Assembly: GCA_964016885.1 (NCBI GenBank)
Contig: CAXHJY010001477.1
Span: 124,001-188,000, forward strand
Direction: 5' to 3'
From: Eledone cirrhosa
Lineage: Eukaryota
DNA length: 64,000 nt
Shown: positions 49,775 through 63,500 of the stretch, piece by piece
Layout of the letters: every line of letters begins with the position of its first letter
Position numbering within the stretch: position 1 is the first letter of the stretch
Translations under genes and position numbers: made by a program
Notes under the pieces: model-generated
Database searches by the model: none
Told to the model about the DNA's origin: nothing
What the model saw: only the letters and a program-made list of their open reading frames with translations

Positions 49775-51165
49775 GTATGTAAGAGAGAGAGAGTGTCTGT
49801 ATGTAAGAGATAGAGAGAGAGTATGTATGTAAGAGAGAGAGAGAGAGAGTATGTATGTAAGAGAGAGAGAGTGTCTGTATGTAAGAGATAGAGAGAGAGT
49901 ATGTATGTAAGAGAGAGAGAGAGAGAGTATGTATGTAAGAGAGAGAGAGAGAGTGACTGTATGTAAGAGAGAGAGAGTCAGTGTCTGTATGTAAGAGAGA
50001 GAGAGAGAGTATGTATGTAAGAGAGAGAGAGAGTGTCTGTATGTAAGAGAGAGAGAGAGTGTCTGTATGTAAGAGAGAGAGAGAGAGTGTCTGTATGTAA
50101 GAGAGAGTATGTATGTAAGAGAGAGAGAGAGTGAGTGTCTGTATGTAAGAGAGAGAGAGTGTCTGTATGTAAGAGAGAGAGAGAGAGTATGTATGTAAGA
50201 GAGAGAGAGAGAGTGTATGTATGTAAGAGAGAGAGAGAGTGTCTGTATGTAAGAGAGAGAGAGTGTGAGTGTCAGTATGTAAGAGAGAGAGAGAGAGAGT
50301 ATGTATGTAAGAGAGAGAGAGAGTATGTATGTAAGAGAGAGAGAGAGAGAGTGTCTGTATGTAAGAGAGAGAGAGAGTGTCTGTATGTAAGAGAGAGAGA
50401 GAGAGTGTCTGTATGTAAGAGAGAGAGAGAGAGTGTCTGTATGTAAGAGAGAGAGAGTGTCTGTATGTAAGAGACAGAGAGAGTGTCTGTATGTAAGAGA
50501 GAGAGAGTGTCTGTATGTAAGAGAGAGAGAGTGTCTGTATGTAAGAGAGAGAGAGTGTGTCTGTATGTAAGAGAGAGAGAGTGTCTGTATGTAAGAGAGA
50601 GAGAGAGAGTGACTGTATGTAAGAGAGAGAGAGAGAGAGAGTGACTGTATGTAAGAGAGAGAGAGTGTCTGTATGTAAGAGAGAGAGAGAGAGTGACTGT
50701 ATGTAAGAGAGAGAGAGAGAGAGAGTATGTATGTAAGAGAGAGAGAGAGAGTGTCTGTATGTAAGAGAGAGAGTGAGTGTCTGTATGTAAAAGAGAGAGA
50801 GAGAGTGTCTGTATGTAAGAGAGAGAGAGAGAGTGACTGTATGTAAGAGAGAGAGAGAGTGAGTGTCTGTATGAAAGAGAGAGAGGAGTGTCTGTACGTA
50901 AGAGAGAGAGAGAGAGAGTATGTATGTAAGAGAGAGAGAGAGAGTGTCTGTATGTAAGAGAGAGAGAGAGAGTGACTGTATGTAAGAGAGAGAGAGAGAG
51001 AGTATGTATGTAAGAGAGAGAGAGAGTGTGTACGTATGTAAGAGAGAGAGTGAGTGTCTGTATGTAAGAGAGAGAGAGAGAGTGTCTGTATGTAAGAGAG
51101 AGAGAGTGACTGTATGTAAGAGAGAGAGAGAGTGTCTGTATGTAAGAGAGAGAGGAGTGTCTGTA

Positions 51166-51212
<47 letters not shown>

Positions 51213-53780
51213 GTATGTAAGAGAGAGAGAGAGAGTGTCTGTATGTAAGAGAGAGAGAGAGTGTCTGTATGTAAGAGAGTGTGAGTGTCTGTATGTAAGA
51301 GAGAAAGAGTGTCTGTATGTAAGAGAGAGAGAGTGTCTGTATGTAAGAGAGAGTGAGTGTCTGTATGTAAGAGAGAGAGAGTGTCTGTATGTAAGAGAGA
51401 GAGTGTCTGTATGTAAGAGAGATAGAGAGTGAGTGTCTGTATGTAAGAGAGAGAGAGTGAGTGTCTGTGTGTAAATAGAGAGAGAGTGTCTGTATGTAAG
51501 AGAGAGAGAGTGTCTGTATGTAAGAGAGAGAGTGAGTGTCTGTATGTAAGAGAGGAGAGTGTCTGTATGTAAGAGAGAGAGAGAGTGAGTGTCTGTATGT
51601 AAGAGAGAGAGAGTGAGTGTCTGTATGTAAGAGAGAGAGAGAGAGTGTGTCTGTATGTAAGAGAGAGAGAGAGAGTGACTGTATGTAAGAGAAAGAGAGT
51701 GTCTGTATGTGAGAGAGAGAGAGAGAGAGTGACTGTATGTAAGAGAGAGAGAGTGTCTGTATGTAAGAGAGAGAGAGAGAGAGTGACTGTATGTAAGAGA
51801 AAGAGAGTGTCTGTATGTGAGAGAGAGAGAGAGTGACTGTATGTAAGAGAGAGAGTGTGTCTGTATGTAAGAGAGAGAGAGAGTGTCTGTATGTAAGACA
51901 GAGAGAGAGAGAGAGAGTGTCTGTATGTAAGACAGAGAGAGAGAGAGAGAGAGAGTGTCTGTATGTAAGAGAGAGAGAGAGTCTGTATGTAAGAGAGAGA
52001 GTGAGTGTCTGTATGTAAGAGAGAGAGAGTGTCTGTATGTAAGAGAGAGAGAGAGTGAGTGTCTGTATGTAAGAGAGAGAGAGAGAGAGAGAGTGTCTGT
52101 ATGTAAGAGAGAGAGAGAGTGTCTGTATGTAAGAGAGAGAGAGAGTGAGTATCTGTATGTAAGAGAGAGAGAGAGAGAGTGTCTGTATGTAAGAGAGAGA
52201 GAGTGAGTGTCTGTATGCAAGAGAGAGAGAGAGGAGAGTCTGTATGTAAGAGAGAGAGAGTGAGTGTCTGTATGTAAGAGAGAGAGAGAGTGTAGTGTCT
52301 GTATGTAAGAGAGAGAGAGTGTCTGTATGTAAGAGAGAGAGAGAGAGTCTGTATGTAAGAGAGAGAGAGTGTCTGTATGTAAGAGAGAGAGAGAGTGTCT
52401 GTATGTAAGAGAGAGAGAGAGTGTCTGTATGTAAGAGAGAGAGAGAGTGACTGTATGTAAGAGAGAGAAAGAGAGAGTTACTGTATGTAAGAGAGAGAGA
52501 GTGAGTGACTGTATGTAAGAGAGAGAGAGAGAGTGTCTATATGTAAGAGAGAGAGAGAGTGTCTGTATGTAAGAGAGAGAGAGAGAGAGTGTCTGTATGT
52601 AAGAGAGAGAGAGAGTGTCTGTATGTAAGAGAGAGAGAGAGAGAGAGAGAGTATGTATGTAAGAGAGAGAGTGTCTGTATGTAAGAGATAGAGAGAGAGT
52701 ATGTATGTAAGAGAGAGAGAGAGTGAGTGTCTGTATGTAAGAGAGAGAGAGTGTCTGTATGTAAGAGAGAGAGAGAGGGTATGTATGTAAGAGAGAGAGA
52801 GAGAGTGTATGTATGTAAGAGAGAGAGAGTGTCTGTATGTAAGAGAGAGAGAGTGTGAGTGTCAGTATGTAAGAGAGAGAGAGAGAGAGTATGTATGTAA
52901 GAGAGAGAGAGAGTATGTATGTAAGAGAGAGAGAGAGAGAGTGTCTGTATGTAAGAGAGAGAGAGAGTGTCTGTATGTAAGAGAGAGAGAGAGAGTGTCT
53001 GTATGTAAGAGAGAGAGAGAGAGTGTCTGTATGTAAGAGAGAGAGAGTGTCTGTATGTTAGAGAGAGAGAGAGTGTCTGTATGTAAGAGACAGAGAGAGT
53101 GTCTGTATGTAAGAGAGAGAGAGTGTCTGTATGTAAGAGAGAGAGAGTGTCTGTATGTAAGAGAGAGAGTGTGTCTGTATGTAAGAGAGAGAGAGTGTCT
53201 GTATGTAAGAGAGAGAGAGAGAGTGACTGTATGTAAGAGAGAGAGAGAGAGAGAGTGACTGTATGTAAGAGAGAGAGAGTGTCTGTATGTAAGAGAGAGA
53301 GAGAGAGTGACTGTATGTAAGAGAGAGAGAGAGAGAGAGTATGTATGTAAGAGAGAGAGAGAGAGTGTCTGTATGTAAGAGAGAGAGTGAGTGTCTGTAT
53401 GTAAAAGAGAGAGAGAGAGTGTCTGTATGTAAGAGAGAGAGAGAGAGTGACTGTATGTAAGAGAGAGAGAGAGTGAGTGTCTGTATGAAAGAGAGAGAGG
53501 AGTGTCTGTACGTAAGAGAGAGAGAGAGAGAGTATGTATGTAAGAGAGAGAGAGAGAGTGTCTGTAATGTAAGAGAGAGAGAGAGAGTGACTGTATGTAA
53601 GAGAGAGAGAGAGAGAGTATGTATGTAAGAGAGAGAGAGAGTGTGTACGTATGTAAGAGAGAGAGTGAGTGTCTGTATGTAAGAGAGAGAGAGAGAGTGT
53701 CTGTATGTAAGAGAGAGAGAGTGACTGTATGTAAGAGAGAGAGAGAGTGTCTGTATGTAAGAGAGAGAGGAGTGTCTGTA

Positions 53781-53826
<46 letters not shown>

Positions 53827-56800
53827 TCCTGTATGTAAGAGAGAGAGAGAGTGTCTGTATGTAAGAGAGTGTGAGTGTCTGTATGTAAGAGAGAAAGAGT
53901 GTCTGTATGTAAGAGAGAGAGAGTGTCTGTATGTAAGAGAGAGTGAGTGTCTGTATGTAAGAGAGAGAGAGTGTCTGTATGTAAGAGAGAGAGTGTCTGT
54001 ATGTAAGAGAGATAGAGAGTGAGTGTCTGTATGTAAGAGAGAGAGGATGTGAGTGTCTGTGTGTAAATAGAGAGAGAGTGTCTGTATGTAAGAGAGAGAG
54101 AGTGTCTGTATGTAAGAGAGAGAGTGAGTGTCTGTATTTAGAGAGGGAGAGTGTCTGTATGTAAGAGAGAGAGAGAGTGAGTGTCTGTATGTAAGAGAGA
54201 GAGAGTGAGTGTCTGTATGTAAGAGAGAGAGAGAGAGTGTGTCTGTATGTAAGAGAGAGAGAGAGAGTGACTGTATGTAGAGAAGAGAGAGTGTCCTGTA
54301 TGTGAGAGAGAGAGAGAGAGAGTGACTGTATGTAAGAGAGAGAGAGTGTCTGTATGTGAGAGAGAGAGAGAGTGAGTGTCTGTATGTAAGAGAGAGAGAG
54401 TGTCTGTATGTAAGAGAGAGAGAGAGTGTCCTTGTATGTAAGAGAGAGAGAGAGAGTGTCTGTATGTAAGAGAGAGAGAGAGTGTCTGTATGTAAGAGAG
54501 AGAGAGAGTGACTGTATGTAAGAGAGAGAGAGAGTGTCTGTATGTAAGAGAGAGAGAGAGTGAGTGTCTGTATGTAAGAGAGAGAGAGTGAGTGTCTGTA
54601 GTGTAAGAGAGAGAGAGAGAGAGTGTCTGTATGTAAGAGAGAGAGAGAGAGAGAGTATGTATGTAAGAGAGAGAGAGAGTGTGTCTGTATGTAAGAGAGA
54701 GAGTGAGTGTCTGTATGTAAGAGAGAGAGAGAGAGTGTCTGTATGTGAGAGAGAGAGAGAGAGAGTGACTGTATGTAAGAGAGAGAGAGAGTGTCTGTAT
54801 GTAAGAGAGAGAGAGTGTCTGTATGTAAGAGAGAGAGAGAGTGAGTGTCTGTATGTAAGAGAGAGAGAGTGTCTGTATGTAAGAGAGAGAGAGTGAGTGT
54901 GTGTGTAAGATAGAGAGAGAGTGTCTGTATGTAAGAGAGAGAGAGTGTCTGTATGTAAGAGAGAGTGAGTGTCTGTTGTAAGAGAGGAGAGTGTCCTGTA
55001 TGTAAGAGAGAGAGAGAGTGAGTGTCTGTATGTAAGAGAGAGAGAGAGTGAGTGTCTGTATGTAAGAGAGAGAGAGAGAGTGTCTGTATGAAGAGAGAGA
55101 GAGAGAGAGTGACTGTATGTAAGAGAAAGAGAGTGTCTGTATGTGAGAGAGAGAGAGAGAGAGTGACTGTATGTAAGAGAGAGAGAGTGTGTCTGTATGT
55201 AAGAGAGAGAGAGAGTGTCTGTATGTAAGACAGAGAGAGAGAGAGTGTCTGTATGTAAGGACAGAGAGAGAGAGAGAGAGTGTCTGTATGTAAGAGAGAG
55301 AGAGAGTCTGTATGTAAGAGAGAGAGAGAGTGAGTGTCTGTATGTAAGAGAGAGAGAGTGTCTGTATGTAAGAGAGAGAGAGAGTGAGTGTCTGTAACTG
55401 TAAGAGAGAGAGAGAGAGAGAGAGTGTCTGTATGTAAGAGAGAGAGAGAGTGTCTGTATGTAAGAGAGAGAGAGAGTGAGTATCTGTATGTAAGAGAGAG
55501 AGAGAGAGAGTGTCTGTATGTAAGAGAGAGAGAGTGAGTGTCTGTATGCAAGAGAGAGAGAGAGAGAGAGTCTGTATGTAAGAGAGAGAGAGTGAGTGTC
55601 TGTATGTAAGAGAGAGAGAGAGTGAGTGTCTGTATGTAAGAGAGAGAGAGTGTCTGTATGTAAGAGAGAGAGAGAGAGTCTGTATGTAGGAGAGAGAGAG
55701 TGTCTTGTATGTTAGAGAGAGAGAGAGTGTCTGTATGTAAGAGAGAGAGAGAGTGTCTGTATGTAAGAGAGAGAGAGAGTGACTGTATGTAAGAGAGAGA
55801 GAGAGTGTCTGTATGTAAGAGAGAGAAAGAGAGAGTTACTGTATGTAAGAGAGAGAGGAGTGAGTGACTGTATGTAAGAGAGAGAGAGAGAGTGTCTATA
55901 TGTAAGAGAGAGAGAGAGTGTCTGTATGTAAGAGAGAGAGAGAGAGAGTGTCTGTATGTAAGAGAGAGAGAGAGTGTCTGTATGTAAGAGAGAGAGAGAG
56001 AGAGAGAGAGTATGTATGTAAGAGAGAGAGAGTGTCTGATGAAGAGATAGAGAGAGAGTATGTATGTAAGAGAGAGAGAGAGAGAGTATGTATGTAAGAG
56101 AGAGAGAGTGTCTGTATGTAAGAGATAGAGAGAGAGTATGTATGTAAGAGAGAGAGAGAGAGAGTATGTATGTAAGAGAGAGAGAGAGAGTGACTGTATG
56201 TAGAGAGAGAGAGTCAGTGTCTGTATGTAAGAGAGAGAGAGAGAGTATGTATGTAAGAGAGAGAGAGAGTGGTCTGTATGTAAGAGAGAGAGAGAGTTGT
56301 CTGTATGTAAGAGAGAGGAGAGAGTGTGTCTGTATGTAAGAGAGAGTATGTATGTAAGAGAGAGAGAGAGTGAGTGTCTGTATGTAAGAGAGAGAGAGTG
56401 TCTGTATGTAAGAGAGAGAGAGAGAGTATGTATGTAAGAGAGAGAGAGAGTGTATGTATGTAAGAGAGAGAGAGAGTGTCTGTATGTAAGAGAGAGAGAG
56501 TGTGAGTGTCAGTATGTAAGAGAGAGAGAGAGAGAGTATGTATGTAAGAGAAAGAGAGAGTATGTATGTAAGAGAGAGGAGAGAGAGAGTGTCTGTATGT
56601 AAGAGAGAGAGAGAGTGTCTGTATGTAGAGAGAGAGAGAGAGTGTCTGTATGTAAGAGAGAGAGAGAGAGTGTCTGTATGTAAGAGAGAGAGAGTGTCTG
56701 TATGTAAGAGAGAGAGAGAGTGTCTGTATGTAAGAGACAGAGAGGAGTGGTCTGTATGTAAGAGAGAGAGAGTGTCTGTATGTAAGAGAGAGAGAGTGTC

Positions 56801-59800
56801 TGTATGTAAGAGAGAGAGAGTGTGTCTGTATGTAAGAGAGAGAGAGTGTCTGTATGTAAGAGAGAGAGAGAGAGTGACTGTATGTAAGAGAGAGAGAGAG
56901 AGAGAGTGACTGTATGTAAGAGAGAGAGAGTGTCTGTATGTAGAGAGAGAGAGAGAGTGACTGTATGTAAGAGAGAGAGAGAGAGAGAGTATGTATGTAA
57001 GAGAGAGAGAGAGAGTGTCTGTATGTAAGAGATGAGAGTCAGTGTCTGTATGTAAAAGAGAGAGAGAGAGTGTCTGTATGTAAGAGAGAGAGAGAGAGTG
57101 ACTGTATGTAAGAGAGAGAGAGAGTGAGTGTCTGTATGAAAGAGAGAGAGGAGTGTCTGTACGTAAGAGAGAGAGAGAGAGAGTATGTATGTAAGAGAGA
57201 GAGAGAGAGTGTCTGTATGTAAGAGAGAGAGAGAGAGTGACTGTATGTAAGAGAGAGAGGAGAGAGAGTATGTATGTAAGAGAGAGAGAGAGTGTGTACG
57301 TATGTAAGAGAGAGAGTGAGTGTCTGTATGTAGAGAGAGAGAGAGAGTGTCTGTATGTAAGAGAGAGAGAGTGACTGTATGTAAGAGAGAGAGAGAGTGT
57401 CTGTATGTAAGAGAGAGAGGAGTGTCTGTATGTAAGAGAGAGGAGAGAAGAGAGTGAGAGAGAGAGAGAGAGAGAGTATGTATGTAAGAGAGAGAGAGAG
57501 TGTCTGTATGTAAGAGAGAGAGAGAGTGTCTGTATGTAAGAGAGTGTTGATGTGTCTGTATGTAAGAAGAGAAAGAGTGTCTGTATGTAAGAGAGAGAGA
57601 GTGGTCCTGTATGTAAGAGAGAGTGAGTGTCTGTATGTAAGAGAGAGAGAGTGTCTGTATGTAAGAGAGAGAGTGTCTGTATGTAAGAGGAGATAGAGAG
57701 TGAGTGTCTGTATGTAAGAGAGAGAGAGTGAGTGTCTGTGTGTAAAATAGAGAGAGAGTGTCTGTATGTAAGAGAGAGAGAGTGTCTGTATGTAAGAGAG
57801 AGAGTGAGTGTCTGTATGTAAGAGAGGGAGAGTGTCTGTATGTAAGAGAGAGAGAGAGTGAGTGTCTGTATGTAAGAGAGAGAGAGTGAGTGTCTGTATG
57901 TAAGAGAGAGAGAGAGAGTGTGTCTGTATGTAAGAGAGAGAGAGAGAGTGACTGTATGTAAGAGAAAGAGAGTGTCTGTATGTGAGAGAGAGAGAGAGAG
58001 AGTGACTGTATGTAAGAGAGAGAGAGTGTCTGTATGTAAGAGAGAGAGAGAGAGAGTGACTGTATGTAAGAGAAAGAGAGTGGTCTGTATGTGAGAGAGA
58101 GAGAGAGAGTGACTGTATGTAAGAGAGAGAGAGTGTGTCTGTATGTAAGAGAGAGAGAGAGTGTCTGTATGTAAGACAGAGAGAGAGAGAGAGAGTGTCT
58201 GTATGTAAGACAAGAGAGAGAGGAGAGAGAGAGTGTCCTGTATGTAAGAGAGAGAGAGAGTCTGTATGTAAGAGAGAGAGAGAGTGAGTGTCTGTATGTA
58301 AGAGAGAGAGAGTGTCTGTATGTAAGAGAGAGAGAGAGTGAGTGTCTGTATGTAAGAGAGAGAGAGAGAGAGAGTGTCTGTATGTAAGAGAGAGAGAGAG
58401 TGTCTGTATGTAAGAGAGAGAGAGAGTGAGTATCTGTATGTAAGAGAGAGAGAGTGAGTGTCCTGTATGCAAAGAGAGAGAGAGAGTGAGTGTCTGTATG
58501 TAAGAGAGAGAGAGAGAGAGAGAGTGTCTGTATGTAAGAGAGAGAGAGAGTTGTCTGTATGTAAGAGAGAGAGAGAGAGAGTGTCTGTATGTAAGAGAGA
58601 GAGAGTGAGTGTCTGTATGCAAGAGAGAGAGAGAGAGAGAGTCTGTATGTAAGAGAGAGAGAGTGAGTGTCTGATATGTAAGAGAGAGAGAGAGTGAGTG
58701 TCTGTATGTAAGAGAGAGAGAGTGTCTGTATGTAAGAGAGAGAGAGAGTCTGTATGTAAGAGAGAGAGAGTGTCTGTATGTAAGAGAGAGAGAGAGTGTC
58801 TGTATGTAAGAGAGAGAGAGAGTGTCTGTATGTAAGAGAGAGAGAGAGTGACTGTATGTAAGAGAGAGAGAGTGTGTCTGTATGTAAGAGAGAGAAGAGA
58901 GAGTTACTGTATGTAAGAGAGAGAGAGTGAGTGACTGTATGTAAGAGAGAGAGAGAGAGTGTCTATATGTAAGAGAGAGAGAGAGTGTCTGTATGTAAGA
59001 GAGAGAGAGAGAGAGTGTCTGTATGTAAGAGAGAGAGAGAGTGTCTGTATGTAGAGAGAGAGAGAGAGAGAGAGAGTATGTATGTAAGAGAGAGAGAGTG
59101 TCCTGTATGTAAGAGATAGAGAGAGAGTATGTATGTAGAGAGAGAGAGAGAGAGTATGTATGTAAGAGAGAGAGAGTGTCTGTATGTAAGAGATAGAGAG
59201 AGAGTATGTATGTAAGAGAGAGAGAGAGAGAGAGAGTATGTATGTAAGAGAGAGAGAGAGTGACTGTATGTAAGAGAGAGAGAGTCAGTGTCTGTATGTA
59301 AGAGAGAGAGAGAGAGTATGTATGTAGAGAGAGAGAGAGAGAGTGTCTGTATGTAAGAGAGAGAGAGAGTGTCTGTATGTAAGAGAGAGAGAGAGAGTGT
59401 CTGTATGTAAGAGAGAGTATGTATGTAAGAGAGAGAGAGAGTGAGTGTCTGTATGTAAGAGAGAGAGAGTGTCTGTAGTAAGAGAGAGAGAGAGAGTATG
59501 TATGTAAGAGAGAGAGAGAGAGTGTATGTATGTAAGAGAGAGAGAGTGTCTGTATGTAAGAGAGAGAGAGTGTGAGTGTCAGTATGTAAGAGAGAGAGAG
59601 AGAGAGTATGTATGTAAGAGAGAGAGAGAGTATGTATGTAAGAGAGAGAGAGAGAGAGTGTCTGTATGTAAGAGAGAGAGAGTGTCTGTATGTAAGAGAG
59701 AGATGAGAGAGTGTCTGTATGTAAGAGAGAGAGAGAGAGTGTCTGTATGTAAGAGAGAGAGAGTGTCTGTATGTAAGAGAGAGAGAGAGTGTCTGTATGT

Positions 59801-60503
59801 AAGAGACAGAGAGAGTGTCTGTATGTAAGAGAGAGAGAGTGTCTGTATGTAAGAGAGAGAGAGTGTCTGTATGTAAGAGAGAGAGAGTGTGTCTGATGTA
59901 AGAGAGAGAGAGTGTCTGTATGTAAGAGAGAGAGAGAGAGTGACTGTATGTAAGAGAGAGAGAGAGAGAGAGTGACTGTATGTAAGAGAGAGAGAGTGTC
60001 TGTATGTAAGAGAGAGAGAGAGAGTGACTGTTGTAAGAGAGAGAGAGAGAGAGAGTATGTATGTAAGAGAGAGAGAGAGAGTGTCTGTATGTAAGAGAGA
60101 GAGTGAGTGTGTATCCTGTATTTAAAGAGAGAGAGAGAGAGTGTCTGTATGTAAGAGAGAGAGAGAGAGTGACTGTATGTAAGAGAGAGAGAGAGTGAGT
60201 GTCTGTATGAAAAGAGAGAGAGGAGTGTCTGTACGTAAGAGAGAGAGAGAGAGAGTATGTATGTAAGAGAGAGAGAGAGAGTGTCTGTATGTAAGAGAGA
60301 GAGAGAGAGTGACTGTATGTAAGAGAGAGAGAGAGAGAGTATGTATGTAAGAGAGAGAGAGAGTGTGTACGTATGTAAGAGAGAGAGTGAGTGTCTGTAT
60401 GTAAAGAGAGAGAGAGAGAGTGTCTGTATGTAAGAGAGAGAGAGTGACTGTATGTAAGAGAGAGAGAGAGTGTCTGTATGTAAGAGAGAGAGGAGTGTCT
60501 GTA

Positions 60504-60547
<44 letters not shown>

Positions 60548-63500
60548 TCTGTATGTAAGAGAGAGAGAGAGTGTCTGTATGTAAGAGAGTGTGAGTGTCT
60601 GTATGTAAGAGAGAAAGAGTGTCTGTATGTAAGAGAGAGAGAGTGTCTGTATGTAAGAGAGAGTGAGTGTCTTGTATGTAGAGAGATGAGAGTGTCTGTA
60701 TGTAAGAGAGAGAGTGTCTGTATGTAAGAGAGATTAGAGAGTGAGTGTCTGTATGTAAGAGAGAGAGAGTGAGTGTCTGTGTGTAAAATAGAGAGAGAGT
60801 GTCCTGTATGTAGAGAGAGAGAGTGTCTGTATGTAAGAGAGAGAGTGAGTGTCTGTATGTAAGAGAGGGAGAGTGTCTGTATGTAAGAGAGAGAGAGAGT
60901 GAGTGTCTGTATGTAAGAGAGAGAGAGTGAGTCTCTGTATGTAAGAGAGAGAGAGAGTGTGTCTGTATGTAAGAGAGAGAGAGAGAGTGACTGTATGTAA
61001 GAGAAAGAGAGTGTCTGTATGTGAGAGAGAGAGAGAGAGAGTGACTGTATGTAAGAGAGAGAGAGTGTCTGTATGTAAGAGAGAGAGAGAGAGTGACTGT
61101 ATGTAAGAGAAAGAGAGTGTCTGTATGTGAGAGAGAGAGAGAGAGTGACTGTATGTAAGAGAGAGAGAGTGTGTCTGTATGTAAGAGAGAGAGAGTGTCT
61201 GTATGTAAGACAGAGAGAGAGAGAGAGAGTGTCTGTATGTAAGACAGAGAGAGAGAGAGAGAGAGTGTCTGTATGTAAGAGAGAGAGAGAGTCTGTATGT
61301 AAGAGAGAGAGAGTGAGTGTCTGTATGTAAGAGAGAGAGAGTGTCTGTATGTAAGAGAGAGAGAGAGTGAGTGTCTGTATGTAAGAGAGAGAGAGAGAGA
61401 GAGAGTGTCTGTATGTAAGAGAGAGAGAGAGTGTCTGTATGTAAGAGAGAGAGAGAGTGAGTATCTGTATGTAAGAGAGAGAGAGAGAGAGTGTCTGTAT
61501 GTAAGAGAGAGAGAGTGAGTGTCTGTATGCAAGAGAGAGAGAGAGAGAGAGTCTGTATGTAAGGAGAGAGAGAGTGAGTGTCTGTATGTAAGAGAGAGAG
61601 AGAGTGAGTGTCTGTATGTAAGAGAGAGAGAGTGTCTGTATGTAAGAGAGAGAGAGAGAGTCTGTATGTAAGAGAGAGAGAGTGTCTGTATGTAAGAGAG
61701 AGAGAGAGTGTCTGTATGTAAGAGAGAGAGAGAGTGTCTGTATGTAAGAGAGAGAGAGAGTGACTGTATGTAAGAGAGAGAGAGAGTGTCTGTATGTAAG
61801 AGAGAGAAAGATGAGAGTTACTGTATGTAAGAGAGAGAGAGAGTGAGTGACTGTATGTAAGAGAGAGAGAGAGAGTGTCTATATGTAAGAGAGAGAGAGA
61901 GTGTCTGTATGTAAGAGAGAGAGAGAGAGAGTGTCTGTATGTAAGAGAGAGAGAGAGTGTCTGTATGTAAGAGAGAGAGAGAGGAGAGAGAGAGTATGTA
62001 TGTAAGAGAGAGAGAGTGTCTGTATGTAAGAGATAGAGAGAGAGTATGTATGTAAGAGAGAGAGAGAGAGAGTATGTATGTAAGAGAGAGAGAGAGTGAG
62101 TGTCTGTATGTAAGAGAGAGAGAGTGAGTGTCTGTATGTAAGAGAGAGAGAGAGAGTGTGTCTGTATGTAAGAGAGAGAGAGAGAGTGACTGTATGTAAG
62201 AGAAAGAGAGTGTCTGTATGTGAGAGAGAGAGAGAGAGAGTGACTGTATGTAAGAGAGAGAGAGTGTCTGTATGTAAGAGAGAGAGAGAGAGAGTGACTG
62301 TATGTAAGAGAAAGAGAGTGTCTGTATGTGAGAGAGAGAGAGAGAGTGACTGTATGTAAGAGAGAGAGAGTGTGTCTGTATGTAAGAGAGAGAGAGAGTG
62401 TCTGTATGTAAGACAGAGAGAGAGAGAGAGAGTGTCTGTATGTAAGACAGAGAGAGAGAGAGAGAGAGAGTGTCTGTATGTAAGAGAGAGAGAGAGTCTG
62501 TATGTAAGAGAGAGAGAGAGTGAGTGTCTGTATGTAAGAGAGAGAGAGTGTCTGTATGTAAGAGAGAGAGAGAGTGAGTGTCTGTATGTAAGAGAGAGAG
62601 AGAGAGAGAGTGTCTGTATGTAAGAGAGAGAGAGAGTGTCTGTATGTAAGAGAGAGAGAGAGTGAGTATCTGTATGTAAGAGAGAGAGAGAGAGAGTGTC
62701 TGTATGTAAGAGAGAGAGAGTGAGTGTCTGTATGCAAGAGAGAGAGAGAGAGAGAGTCTGTATGTAAGAGAGAGAGAGTGAGTGTCTGTATGTAAGAGAG
62801 AGAGAGAGTGAGTGTCTGTATGTAAGAGAGAGAGAGTGTCTGTATGTAAGAGAGAGAGAGAGAGTCTGTATGTAAGAGAGAGAGAGTGTCTGTATGTAAG
62901 AGAGAGAGAGAGTGTCTGTATGTAAGAGAGAGAGAGAGTGTCTGTATGTAAGAGAGAGAGAGAGTGACTGTATGTAAGAGAGAGAGAGAGTGTCTGTATG
63001 TAAGAGAGAGAAAGAGAGAGTTACTGTATGTAAGAGAGAGAGAGTGAGTGACTGTATGTAAGAGAGAGAGAGAGAGTGTCTATATGTAAGAGAGAGAGAG
63101 AGTGTCTGTATGTAAGAGAGAGAGAGAGAGAGTGTCTGTATGTAAGAGAGAGAGAGAGTGTCTGTATGTAAGAGAGAGAGAGAGAGAGAGAGAGTATGTA
63201 TGTAAGAGAGAGAGAGTGTCTGTATGTAAGAGATAGAGAGAGAGTATGTATGTAAGAGAGAGAGAGAGAGAGTATGTATGTAAGAGAGAGAGAGTGTCTG
63301 TATGTAAGAGATAGAGAGAGAGTATGTATGTAAGAGAGAGAGAGAGAGAGAGAGTATGTATGTAAGAGAGAGAGAGAGAGTGACTGTATGTAAGAGAGAG
63401 AGAGTCAGTGTCTGTATGTAAGAGAGAGAGAGAGAGTATGTATGTAAGAGAGAGAGAGAGAGAGTGTCTGTATGTAAGAGAGAGAGAGAGTGTCTGTATG